40,819 nucleotides of DNA from an uncultured delta proteobacterium (GTDB lineage Bacteria > Desulfobacterota > Syntrophia > Syntrophales > UBA2185): NCBI GenBank assembly GCA_963729715.1, contig CAVSPA010000002.1:1-40819 (forward strand), in the 5' to 3' direction. The number at the start of each line of letters is the position of its first letter. Within the stretch, counting starts at the first letter, position 1. This document shows, piece by piece, positions 28,807 to 38,147 of this stretch. The notes under the pieces were generated by a model, which searched no databases, was not told the origin of the DNA, and worked only from the letters and a program-made list of their open reading frames with translations. Made by a program: the position numbers and the translations under genes.

Positions 28807-30975
28807 TCATTTCAGGGCCAGTACGTCTCTGTAGAGAGTCCTCAAATGCTCGTCGGACATATCCAAGATCGGTTCATACATAAAAGAATTCAGGTGTATG
28901 TTCTCCGGTGTCATGAGAACCACCCGTTGAATGGTTTCAACGGTGTCAACATCGCCCGTGAATAGCTCCTTGAATTTTGCCAGTAGCTTGGTTGTTTGAT
29001 TTGACTCGATACTGTCAACGAACTTGGCGTCATTAATTTTCCCCACCATGAATTTTTCAGCTGCGATTCGTATGGCAATAGACAGGACAATCTTGTTCTC
29101 GAAGTTGATGCCAGCGCAAGCGTTGAGGCATTCTCCCGCCTCGCGCTGGATTACATCAATCACAAGACTGGTGCCATTGGGACCTGCTCCAGTTGTACAA
29201 AATACCGAGTTGAAAATCGCATCCAGCTCTTTTTCGGTAATGTTAGTAGAGTCGCTCTTCCAGTGCAGTAGTGACGTGAGCTTAGTAAAATCAGGATCTT
29301 TATCGCCCTTTGTGAATTCAATGATGTTACGAATAAAAGGAATTGATGCGATCTTCTTTTTAGGATTGGTGAAGAAATTTGGCTTCCAGTCATTCACGAA
29401 AACGTTTCGGATGCCGGTTGCCTGCTCCAGTGAAATACCATCACTGCTCTTCAATGCCATAAGGCAATGCGAATAGTCGACGAACCTGCTATTTATGGTG
29501 CGGAAGAAATCAAAATTGTGCGTCAGAACGATCTGGCTGAAGTGCGGTTCTTCGGCAATATCTTTCAGGTATTGAATGATGGCGTACTTGTTCTTGTAGT
29601 CGAATGAGTCAGCGATGTCATCGATAATAAATATGGTTTCCTGCTTTGCCTTTTTTCGAACTCCAACCTCAAATATAATATTAAGTATGTAGAATGCCCT
29701 CTTTTCTCCCGTGCTTAATGTCTGCATCAATGCATCTTTCTCTACAGGTGCAGCGTCCACTCCGTCCTCAAAGGTGAAGGCGAGGCTAAGCATCGGTTCT
29801 TGACCCAAGATGACTGGGATCCTGTTCTTAGCTGTCAGCTTGAAAGGGACAAAAAAACGCCTATTGAAAATCTCAATAACCGACTCCCACTGCGTCCGCT
29901 GCTTACTTGCTTCCTCTTCGATTTCCCTCTTCCTCTTCTCAGCGGCCTGATATTTCTCAACCAAATCTTTGTAGAGTTCAAATCGCGCCTTAAAGTACGA
30001 CTTCCAAATTTTCTCCTTAAAGCTCTCAATATTTGTCAGCTCTGGAAGAAGCTCCTCATGTTCTCCTAAGTACGCCTCAAAACCCCGGACAGTCACGTTT
30101 TTTTGGATCAGCTTTTCAATGTCCAAAAACGTCTTCCTCAGTTCCTTATCGTTCGAGATGCCATCCTTCTCCTTCTTTATCAGCTCCTCGAGCTGCGTCT
30201 GGCTTGTAATCTCCAGCTTCTCGCCGGCATTTAAATTCACTGTATGCTTAGCATCGAAGAACCCATTGTCAGCGAGGCTCTTCGCAATGGTAGCGGCGTT
30301 GTAGTAGTTAAATATGCCCTTCTTGAAATATGTAGAAGCAGCTAACAGGTCGTTGTATTTTTTTATGTAGCTCTCAATCGCCGTCTTCACATCTTTGGTT
30401 GCAAGAAAGCCCAGAACCTTTTCGTCAAAAATAGTATCATAGTTAACGTCGGCGAATGGAGCATCTTTTTGTGCAAACACTTCATCCCTGACACGGATGA
30501 GTGCAAGGTAGAACTCCTCAGCACTCTTGGTAAAGGTGGAGGAAATCACTTTCTCCAAGTCCTTTTTTGACCCAGATTGCTCCTTTAAAGCCTTCAAGAA
30601 TACTCCTTTGGACTTATCGATATCTAGGTGAAGGTCCTCGTATTCTTTTCGCAGTTTACTATCCACGAGCAGGGTTGATGTCTTCTCCGTGTGCCCGATA
30701 ATTCCATCGTCATAGGGCCGAATGACAACAACGTTTTCCTTAGGCAAATCAACACCATTCTCGTCGGTGATTTTTCTATTGGACACTCGACCTGGAAATA
30801 TCCGATCCCTGGAAGGAACCGCCTCAGCTATATCCTTGAAAGTCTGTGCGAGCGATGTCTTCATCGCACCATTTGCGGCATAGATGGCATAAGCTTTGTG
30901 CTGCGAAAAATCTAACTCCGTCTTTAGCTTCTTAATGCCGTAGCAATTTTCTATGTCAATATTCAACTTGTTCAT
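28807..30975 (-). CDS. PrrC/RloC-like ABC-type ATPase with coiled coil and uncharacterised C-terminal domain
   Basis: ENCYGI, variant Walker A AANGAMKTS, signature LSTGE, Walker B/D-loop IIDDIADSFD, LTHN; no CxxC zinc hook seen. Confidence 0.8.
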   Translation of the reverse strand: MNKLNIDIENCYGIKKLKTELDFSQHKAYAIYAANGAMKTSLAQTFKDIAEAVPSRDRIFPGRVSNRKITDENGVDLPKENVVVIRPYDDGIIGHTEKTSTLLVDSKLRKEYEDLHLDIDKSKGVFLKALKEQSGSKKDLEKVISSTFTKSAEEFYLALIRVRDEVFAQKDAPFADVNYDTIFDEKVLGFLATKDVKTAIESYIKKYNDLLAASTYFKKGIFNYYNAATIAKSLADNGFFDAKHTVNLNAGEKLEITSQTQLEELIKKEKDGISNDKELRKTFLDIEKLIQKNVTVRGFEAYLGEHEELLPELTNIESFKEKIWKSYFKARFELYKDLVEKYQAAEKRKREIEEEASKQRTQWESVIEIFNRRFFVPFKLTAKNRIPVILGQEPMLSLAFTFEDGVDAAPVEKDALMQTLSTGEKRAFYILNIIFEVGVRKKAKQETIFIIDDIADSFDYKNKYAIIQYLKDIAEEPHFSQIVLTHNFDFFRTINSRFVDYSHCLMALKSSDGISLEQATGIRNVFVNDWKPNFFTNPKKKIASIPFIRNIIEFTKGDKDPDFTKLTSLLHWKSDSTNITEKELDAIFNSVFCTTGAGPNGTSLVIDVIQREAGECLNACAGINFENKIVLSIAIRIAAEKFMVGKINDAKFVDSIESNQTTKLLAKFKELFTGDVDTVETIQRVVLMTPENIHLNSFMYEPILDMSDEHLRTLYRDVLALK

Positions 30976-31110
30976 TCCAACTCCGATCTTTTTGTTATGT
31001 AGACCTCAGTCTATCTACACTGAGGGTTCGGATAGTGTACCACCGAACCATGTTAATTTGGGTCCATATAAAAACTCAAACACCGCAATATTTGTCGCAT
31101 TACTGAAAAT

Positions 31111-31138
31111 ATTTAAGAAATTATGCATTATCTTAAAA
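31111..31138 (-). repeat. dif-like 11-6-11 site, copy 6
   Basis: Plus strand ATTTAAGAAAT TATGCA TTATCTTAAAA; orientation opposite to copy 5. Confidence 0.75.
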
Positions 31139-31398
31139 ATACCAGATTTCATTGAAAATTGTTACTATTCTGATTTTTTTCACGATAACACACTTGGTGT
31201 ATTGAACGCAATATTTAGGACTTTTCCACGCCCCTGCATCTGCCGAGGGGTCACTGATTACTTTATTAAAGCGTGATTTGGGGGGAAACCGTTTGTGTAG
31301 CAGCTTTCCTTTGGAAATGTGCAAAAGTGATCAAAGAAAAAAAGGAATGTTGGTTATTGACGGCATAGAATAGGTTGAAAACACTGAGGCCCATATGG

Positions 31399-32127
31399 TC
31401 AGTATTTCCATGTCTCATGTCCCAGAGGACCTTGATTCAGCGTTTCACGCAAAAGTCTCCACTGCGGCATGAATTTGTCCAAATAGGCGGTGAAGCGTTC
31501 ATTGTGGTGGCGTTCCAGCAGATGCACCAGCTCATGAACCATGATGTACTCCAGGCATTGAACGGGCTTTTTAGCCAGTTCCAGATTGATCCAGATCCGT
31601 CGCGCTTCGACGCTGCAGCCTCCCCATTTGGTTTTCATCTTCTTGATGCCCCAGTCAGCAACCTGCATACCCAAAGCCTGCTGCCATTTCTCCAGCAGTG
31701 GCGGGACCAAAGTTTTCAATTGCTCGCGGTACCATCGCTGCAAGACCTTCTCGCGCTGTTCATCATCGGATCCCGGCCGCACGTAGAGGTCTATGATTGC
31801 CTTGTTCCGCAGCGCTACTTTCCCAGCATTATGGTGTTCAATCACATTCAGCAGGTAACGCTGGCCAAGAAAATAGTGACTCTCGCCGCGGATCATCTCT
31901 CGCCGGGACTGACGCGGCTGGTCTTCAAACTTCACCTGCTGTCGTTTGATCCAGCCAAGCCTTGAGATTACCGCAAGACGGACCGCTTCGTCGTTTACTG
32001 CCAACGGTGCCGCCACCCGCACACGGCCATGGGGAGGATACACGCCCAGGTGCAGGTTCTTGATGGCCTTGCGCACCACATCGACGGTTATGCCGCCGAC
32101 TATGATTCGATGGGTTTCAATATTCAT
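31399..32127 (-). CDS. YgjP/DUF45-like zinc metallopeptidase-fold protein
   Basis: MKTKWGGC, HELVH (HExxH), HNERF; overlaps the hsdR stop. Common neighbour of type I R-M. Confidence 0.9.
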   Translation of the reverse strand: MNIETHRIIVGGITVDVVRKAIKNLHLGVYPPHGRVRVAAPLAVNDEAVRLAVISRLGWIKRQQVKFEDQPRQSRREMIRGESHYFLGQRYLLNVIEHHNAGKVALRNKAIIDLYVRPGSDDEQREKVLQRWYREQLKTLVPPLLEKWQQALGMQVADWGIKKMKTKWGGCSVEARRIWINLELAKKPVQCLEYIMVHELVHLLERHHNERFTAYLDKFMPQWRLLRETLNQGPLGHETWKY

Positions 32128-35100
32128 ACTGATTTTTCGCCAATTCCAGAATTTGTTCGGTGCGCACTTCATCGCCCTGAAGTACAGACTTGATGGCCAG
32201 TTTCACCTTCTTGACCTTGACGGTATTGCCGCGCCAATCGTCCATCCGATTCTCATTTATCGCATGATCCACAGCAAGGGCCAGTGACTCGTTCTTGTCG
32301 AGATTGTCGAACAGAGCCCGCTTGGCGCCGGTGTCCATTGCAGTGGGATAGACATAACCCGTTGCGGGATTCTTTGCCTTTCTGGTCAGCTCGACAATCC
32401 TGGCCAGGTATACCTGGTAATCCAGCACCTCCTTTTTGCGTTGCTCGATCAACGCATCCAGCAGTTCCGACATCTTTTCATAGTACTTCGGATTGATCGG
32501 CTGTTCGTCGATGATCAGCTTGCGAACATTGTTCTCGATCGTCTCTGCCACCGCCTCCCTGTTTTCCCTGATACCTTCGGGCAGTTCATTTACCGCATCT
32601 GCGCCGCGTTCCACGATCAGCTCGACCAGCGAAAGGTCGTCAAAGGCCGATATCTTCTCGCTTTCCTCAGCGCGAATATAGGTGTCGATCAGGTGGCGCA
32701 TGGCCGGCTCGTACATTTTGAGGTCGATGTAGTCGCCACTGGCCAGCTTCACCTCGTTTCGTACCTTGTCGAAGTGGTCCACCTCTTCCTTAATGGTTGC
32801 AATCTCTGCCGCGGTGTAGCCGGCTTCTTCCATCTCGTCGGCAATGCTGGCATAGGCGCGCAGGAGGGATGCCGTGAGCGTGTACAGTGTCAGCCGCTTA
32901 GGTTCGTTTTCCTTGAGCTGTTCGGCGTTGCCGGAATCCCTGGCGCAGAAATAGCGCATATACGCAGCCGTATCCTTGGGCGTCTCCACGGGGTCGCAGA
33001 GCGCCTTGATGGCCTCGCCCGCCTCTTCCAGATGCTCACGGGCCTTGGTCAGGCGGTCCTTCAGCAATCCGGCCACGTCTTCCTTGTCGTAGCCGTCCAG
33101 CGCCCCGGAGGTGTAATCCTTGACCGCCCCCTCCAGACTCATGAACAGGTCCTTGTAGTCGATGATATAGCCGTATTCCTTATCGTCACCGTCGAGCCGG
33201 TTCACCCGGCAGATGGCCTGGAACAGGCCGTGGTCGTGCATCTGTTTGTCGATGTAGAGGTAGGTTGCCGGGGGCGCGTCAAAGCCTGTCAATAGCTTGT
33301 CCACCACGATCAGGAGCTTCATCTGCCCCGGTTCCTCGATGAACTTCTTCTTGACGGCTTTCTCAAACTCATCCGCCTTATTAACCGCCTTTTCCGGGGC
33401 TTCGTTGAACCAGTCGGCCAGCATCTTCTGGTAAATCTCATACTGGCGGAGCCTTTCCGTCAGCCCTTCACCACTCTCTTCACCCTTCAGGTCTGCCACG
33501 GATGGCCTGTAGGATGTGACAATGGCGCACTTGCCGGCAAGGTCGGTCCTAGCGAACAGTTCGTAGAACTTGCATGCCTGGTAGATGCTGCCGGAGATCA
33601 ACATGGCGTTGCCGCGACCGTCCATCAGTCTCGGCCTTTTTGCCATGTCCATCAGGACGTCCGCCACAATCATTTCAAGACGGGATTTTGAACTGAGGAC
33701 TTTCTGCAGGGTGCCCCAGCGCTTCTTGAGTTGCGCTTTGGCGAGGTCGTTGAGTCCCTTGGTCTTGATGTCGAACCATTCGTCGATCTTCTTCTGCGAG
33801 GTGATGTTCTGGTCAACGTCCCGCGCTTCATAGCGCAGATCGAGCACTACCTTGTCCTTCACCGCCTCGTCGAACTTGTAGGTATGGATGTAGCGGCCGA
33901 ACACCTCGATGCTTTTCTGCTTGTCAACCTTCAAGAGCGGCGTGCCTGTAAAGCCGATGAAGACAGCGCTGGGCAGGATGGCCTTCATTGCTTTGTGCAG
34001 TTCGCCGGACTGGGTGCGGTGGCACTCGTCCACGAAGATGAAAAGGTTGCCCTTTGCCCAAAATCCAGGCGGCAGCGCCTTCTTCAGTTCCTCGATATAC
34101 CCGGGTATGTCGCCGATCTCCTCGCCGTCTTCCTTGCCGCCGAACTTGTGGATGAGTGAGCACACGAGCCAGGGCGTGGTGGCGTTGAGTGTAGCGATCA
34201 GGTCTGCGCCGCTTTTTGTACGGTAGATGTCTTCGTTGACGCCCTTGTAAACCCTCTCAATCTGCTCATCCAGCTCCGTGCGATCAGTGATGAGAAGCAC
34301 CCGGGCATCCTGCACATGTTCGCGGAGCCACTTGGTCAACCACACCATGACCAGGCTCTTGCCCGAGCCCTGCGTGTGCCAGATGATGCCACCCTCTTGC
34401 CGCTTCACATATTCCTGCGCGGCCCGTACACCGAAATACTGGTGATGGCGGCACAGCTTCTTGATTCCGGCGTCGAACACGATAAAGTCGTGGATGAGCT
34501 CCAGGAAGCGGGTTTTGTTACACATCTGTGCCAGCGCCCGGTCGAGCGGGTTTTCGATAGCGCTCTGTTCCTTCCAGTTGAGATAATACTTCTCCGGCGT
34601 CTGGATCGTCCCATAGCGCAGCCCCTCTGTGTCGTTGCCGGCCATGATCCACTGCATCGTGGAGAAGAAATGCTCAATGAAGACCTTCTTCTGATTATCA
34701 AGGTTCTGGCGGATGCCCTCGGCCACCGAGACGGTGGAGCGCTTAAGTTCCAGCACGCCCAGCGCGATTCCGTTGACGTAGATCACGACGTCCGGCCGTT
34801 TGCCGTATGCTTTGTGGTCGGCTGACGCGACCGTGACCTCCTCAGCGATTGCGAATTTGTTTTCTTCTGGTTTTTTCCAGTTGATCAGCCAGACGGTCTG
34901 CGTATTCTCGCCTACGTCGGGCTTCACCTTCACGCCGTAGCGAAGCAGATCATAGACGCCGTGGTTGCGGTCGTAGAGGCTTTTGCTGGTGTCGCTGGCC
35001 GTCTTTTCGAGAATATGCAGCGCACGCGTGACGAGCGCATCCTCCACACCCTGCTTTTTCAGCCATGCGCATAGCAGATCCGGCTCGATATTAGCGTTGC

Positions 35101-35206
35101 CTTCCCGGTCGGTCCAGTCGCCGAGATAGTCGTAGTTCAGGCTCTCACGAAAGAACTTTACCACACGCGCTTGGGTTATCTTTTCTTTCTGGCCGACAGT
35201 GCTCAT
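32117..35206 (-). CDS. hsdR: Type I restriction subunit R
   Basis: RPDVVIYVNG..ELK nuclease motif, HTQGSGKS, DECHR, FTGTP, LLTGFD, QAICRVNR. Confidence 0.97.
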   Translation of the reverse strand: MSTVGQKEKITQARVVKFFRESLNYDYLGDWTDREGNANIEPDLLCAWLKKQGVEDALVTRALHILEKTASDTSKSLYDRNHGVYDLLRYGVKVKPDVGENTQTVWLINWKKPEENKFAIAEEVTVASADHKAYGKRPDVVIYVNGIALGVLELKRSTVSVAEGIRQNLDNQKKVFIEHFFSTMQWIMAGNDTEGLRYGTIQTPEKYYLNWKEQSAIENPLDRALAQMCNKTRFLELIHDFIVFDAGIKKLCRHHQYFGVRAAQEYVKRQEGGIIWHTQGSGKSLVMVWLTKWLREHVQDARVLLITDRTELDEQIERVYKGVNEDIYRTKSGADLIATLNATTPWLVCSLIHKFGGKEDGEEIGDIPGYIEELKKALPPGFWAKGNLFIFVDECHRTQSGELHKAMKAILPSAVFIGFTGTPLLKVDKQKSIEVFGRYIHTYKFDEAVKDKVVLDLRYEARDVDQNITSQKKIDEWFDIKTKGLNDLAKAQLKKRWGTLQKVLSSKSRLEMIVADVLMDMAKRPRLMDGRGNAMLISGSIYQACKFYELFARTDLAGKCAIVTSYRPSVADLKGEESGEGLTERLRQYEIYQKMLADWFNEAPEKAVNKADEFEKAVKKKFIEEPGQMKLLIVVDKLLTGFDAPPATYLYIDKQMHDHGLFQAICRVNRLDGDDKEYGYIIDYKDLFMSLEGAVKDYTSGALDGYDKEDVAGLLKDRLTKAREHLEEAGEAIKALCDPVETPKDTAAYMRYFCARDSGNAEQLKENEPKRLTLYTLTASLLRAYASIADEMEEAGYTAAEIATIKEEVDHFDKVRNEVKLASGDYIDLKMYEPAMRHLIDTYIRAEESEKISAFDDLSLVELIVERGADAVNELPEGIRENREAVAETIENNVRKLIIDEQPINPKYYEKMSELLDALIEQRKKEVLDYQVYLARIVELTRKAKNPATGYVYPTAMDTGAKRALFDNLDKNESLALAVDHAINENRMDDWRGNTVKVKKVKLAIKSVLQGDEVRTEQILELAKNQYEY

Positions 35207-35207
35207 A

Positions 35208-36143
35208 TCATGCCTTCACCAATTTAAAACTGATCTGGTAGCGATAGAAGTCGATGGTCGGTACCATCGCCAAAGCCCTTCGTATTCTCTGGTCGTCCTC
35301 CAGCGCGATGATCACACCTTTGACAACTTGCCCATTCTCGGCCAGTTCTTCCTGCACATAGCCCATGTATCGAAGCACCTGCCCGACAACGACATCACTC
35401 GCCCGGCCTTTCTTGATCTCCACCACCAATAGTTTCTTTTTGTCCTTGCTGATTGCGAGAATATCGATTGGGCCGGTATCGGTTGAGTATTGCTGTCCGA
35501 CCCTTTCTCCTTCCTCCTCGAAGATGTCGTATTCCTTGCCCAGATCGGTCTGAGTCCAGTTCTGCACCAAAAAGTCCTCAAGGTGCTTTTCCATGACAAA
35601 GGCGGCCGGGTCCTCTACTTCGGGGTCCGTCGATATGATTCTAGGTGCGGAGCTTCCACCGATCAGCTTTTCGATTTCATCGTGATAGCTTGAGATATTG
35701 CTGACTGTGCCGATGGAGCCGGCAGAGTTCTTGAGGTTATCGCTCATATTGATGCGCTCGATACTTTGGTTCAACCATTTGACGGTGCGGCGATGCGGGA
35801 GGACCTGGCAAGGAGCGTAGAGGTAGTCGCTGATCACCTCCCCAACGTGGTAGCTACCTGCGCCGTCCGGACAAAGCACCATATCACCCATCTTGATGCC
35901 TTTGGCTACAGTCCACAACGCCCCACAGGCAAGACCTGCGCCGATTTTGGTCTTATCAGGGTGCACTTCCAGAAAGACCGGGATGAATGCCTTGTTGAAC
36001 TCACGCCACTCCTCGGGCAATTTATTGGTCAAGTCTTGGTCGATGCCGAAATCGACACCGATGAAGTTTCCGGCGAAGCCCTCCGCCGCATGGGCGCTTT
36101 TCCTACCCAACATGACTCGGTAATAGTTTTTCATCAGTTTCAC
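35208..36143 (-). CDS. NucS/DUF91-like PD-(D/E)xK endonuclease with N-terminal putative DNA-recognition domain
   Basis: EKHLEDFL, IDILA...VVEIKKG...GQVLRY; N-terminal IKMGDMVLCPD...HRRTVKW domain. Confidence 0.85.
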   Translation of the reverse strand: MKLMKNYYRVMLGRKSAHAAEGFAGNFIGVDFGIDQDLTNKLPEEWREFNKAFIPVFLEVHPDKTKIGAGLACGALWTVAKGIKMGDMVLCPDGAGSYHVGEVISDYLYAPCQVLPHRRTVKWLNQSIERINMSDNLKNSAGSIGTVSNISSYHDEIEKLIGGSSAPRIISTDPEVEDPAAFVMEKHLEDFLVQNWTQTDLGKEYDIFEEEGERVGQQYSTDTGPIDILAISKDKKKLLVVEIKKGRASDVVVGQVLRYMGYVQEELAENGQVVKGVIIALEDDQRIRRALAMVPTIDFYRYQISFKLVKA

Positions 36144-36150
36144 CTATTCT

Positions 36151-36891
36151 CTATTGTTGAGCGCCGAAGACATCCCGAGGTATCCAAATCCAACCTTCGC
36201 GGCGCGGCACATTGTCCCCGGGTGGTGCGAGTGCTGAATGATCTTTGACGAAGATGTACGCAACGAGCGCACAAATGCGAGCGTCTTCGAGGTCATCAGT
36301 ATTGAGCGTTTTCTGATCCTTTAGCATGGCCTTCAACGTCTGGCTGCCGGTGCACGCTGCTGGATAGGTTTCGATTGCGTAAAAACCCTTTCCGTTGGTC
36401 CACACGCCGCAGCTTTCAGTGTAGGGTGCGAACTTGGCGAGGACATGCATGCCCTTGGTTGCTTGACTGCCGATCATATCCTTAATGGCAGACAATGGGA
36501 ACAGCCCTTGCTCAAAAAGGTGACGTTCAGTGCTCCGGAACAGATAGCTGTTCGTGTCGGAACTTCCCACAGGCTCAGCGTAGTTCAAGTCGGCCACCAG
36601 TCGCACAAACTCCTCAGAAAATCCCAGAGGGGTGTCGATGGCCATGGTGATCTGCACTGATTCACCAGGTGGAACGGCGGCGCAAAGAGTGAACAGATTC
36701 CGAATCCATTCGCCAGTCGTTTTGGCTTCGTTGATGTGTGTCCGCAAATTCCCCCGCCATGGCTTGCCGAAGATTGCCAACTTGGAGTCGAGGATTACGA
36801 TAGCATCACGGCTGCGAGGATTTCTTTCGCAGTTCCAACCACCGACATCCCAGCCGATGTAAACCGATTCCATCTGTGCCTTTTGGCTCAT
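36151..36891 (-). CDS. DUF429 (RNase H-fold) protein
   Basis: IGWDVGGW, AIDTPLG, IETYPAA, DLEDARICALVA, EGWIWIP. Confidence 0.85.
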   Translation of the reverse strand: MSQKAQMESVYIGWDVGGWNCERNPRSRDAIVILDSKLAIFGKPWRGNLRTHINEAKTTGEWIRNLFTLCAAVPPGESVQITMAIDTPLGFSEEFVRLVADLNYAEPVGSSDTNSYLFRSTERHLFEQGLFPLSAIKDMIGSQATKGMHVLAKFAPYTESCGVWTNGKGFYAIETYPAACTGSQTLKAMLKDQKTLNTDDLEDARICALVAYIFVKDHSALAPPGDNVPRREGWIWIPRDVFGAQQ

Positions 36892-38147
36892 ACCAGGCGT
36901 ATCCTCCCGGTCAGCAGTTCCTGCATCATCCCCTGCTTGAGGGCGCGAGTCTTGTCGCGGCGGGCTTCCAGTGCGGCGATCTCGTCGTCCATGTCCGAAA
37001 GGACGGTAGCGATGGCGGTTTGTTCAAGCAGTTCGGGTAGTTCAACTTCACAGTTGTTTACCAGATCAGTATTCAGATTAGCTTGTGACCCAGTTTGTCC
37101 CATTGCCTTGAAGTCGTTCTCCGATTGTTTGAGCTTGTAGAAAAGGAAGCGCTTGTCAATAAAACGAAGATTGGAAAATCCAACGAAGCCATCGTGGATA
37201 CAGGTGTCGAACCCTGTGATGACGGGACGGCCTACAGTTGCGCAGATACTCATGATCAAGCTACCTGCGGGAAGGAAGCGACTGGCGGCGATCCCTTTTT
37301 GCGAAAGGTAGTCACGCGTTTTCAGCAACGTTCGTCCGTCAGATTCGGCGATGTCTGAAATACGGACCCATCCCACAGTGCTCCGCGAATCATACCAAAC
37401 TGAGGAATCAATAGGGCGTGGAGAAGCTCCACGTTGAATGTCCGCGATTGCCCCGAATCGTTTCACTTCCCACTTCCCACTAAATCCCGGCATACGTTTT
37501 TTACCTGTGAGGAGTTGCTGCATGGCGGCCTGCTTGATATCGCGCTTCTTTGCGATGAGTCGGTCCAGCACACCGATCAGCGCATCTACATCCGACAGTA
37601 CCCCTGCGATTGCGCGTTGTTCAGGGATAGGGGGCAAATAGGCTCTGTAGTCACCGACCGCGTTTTGGGTGAGTCCGAAAAATGTTGAGCCAGATTTTTT
37701 TAGCTCCACATATTCCCCAAAAGCCCTCGATGCCAATTGATAGAAAAGGAATTTCGGAACGTACTTACCAGCCAACGGCCTGAATACGAGAAGGTGACTA
37801 TTCAGGGAGGCTTTCCCTGGATGCGGAATTGAATTTATGTAAAGGAGTTTGCCGATCGTTCCATCCTTAGTCATCAACACATCATCCGCCCGCAATTGAA
37901 TACTTATGGCTTCCTCATATCTCTTCGACGGTATGTGATAGACATCCTCCCAACTGATTTTGCCATCCGTAAAGTTCATGCCTGTAATCAAGAATGGATG
38001 ATCAGGATTATTGGTGAACTCCTCTTCCTTTAACCCTTGCCAACCAATCCTCCCACTCATAGAGCTAATCATTTTCAGTGGTTTGACATCCCACTCCTCC
38101 GGTATCACCCCAACCTCGGTTTGCTTGTAGCCGGGTTTCAGCTCCAT
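36888..38147 (-). CDS. hsdS: Type I R-M specificity subunit
   Basis: GYKQTEVGVIPEEW; two TRDs each followed by EQxAIAxVLSD...KQ..MQ.LLTG conserved regions. Confidence 0.96.
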   Translation of the reverse strand: MELKPGYKQTEVGVIPEEWDVKPLKMISSMSGRIGWQGLKEEEFTNNPDHPFLITGMNFTDGKISWEDVYHIPSKRYEEAISIQLRADDVLMTKDGTIGKLLYINSIPHPGKASLNSHLLVFRPLAGKYVPKFLFYQLASRAFGEYVELKKSGSTFFGLTQNAVGDYRAYLPPIPEQRAIAGVLSDVDALIGVLDRLIAKKRDIKQAAMQQLLTGKKRMPGFSGKWEVKRFGAIADIQRGASPRPIDSSVWYDSRSTVGWVRISDIAESDGRTLLKTRDYLSQKGIAASRFLPAGSLIMSICATVGRPVITGFDTCIHDGFVGFSNLRFIDKRFLFYKLKQSENDFKAMGQTGSQANLNTDLVNNCEVELPELLEQTAIATVLSDMDDEIAALEARRDKTRALKQGMMQELLTGRIRLV

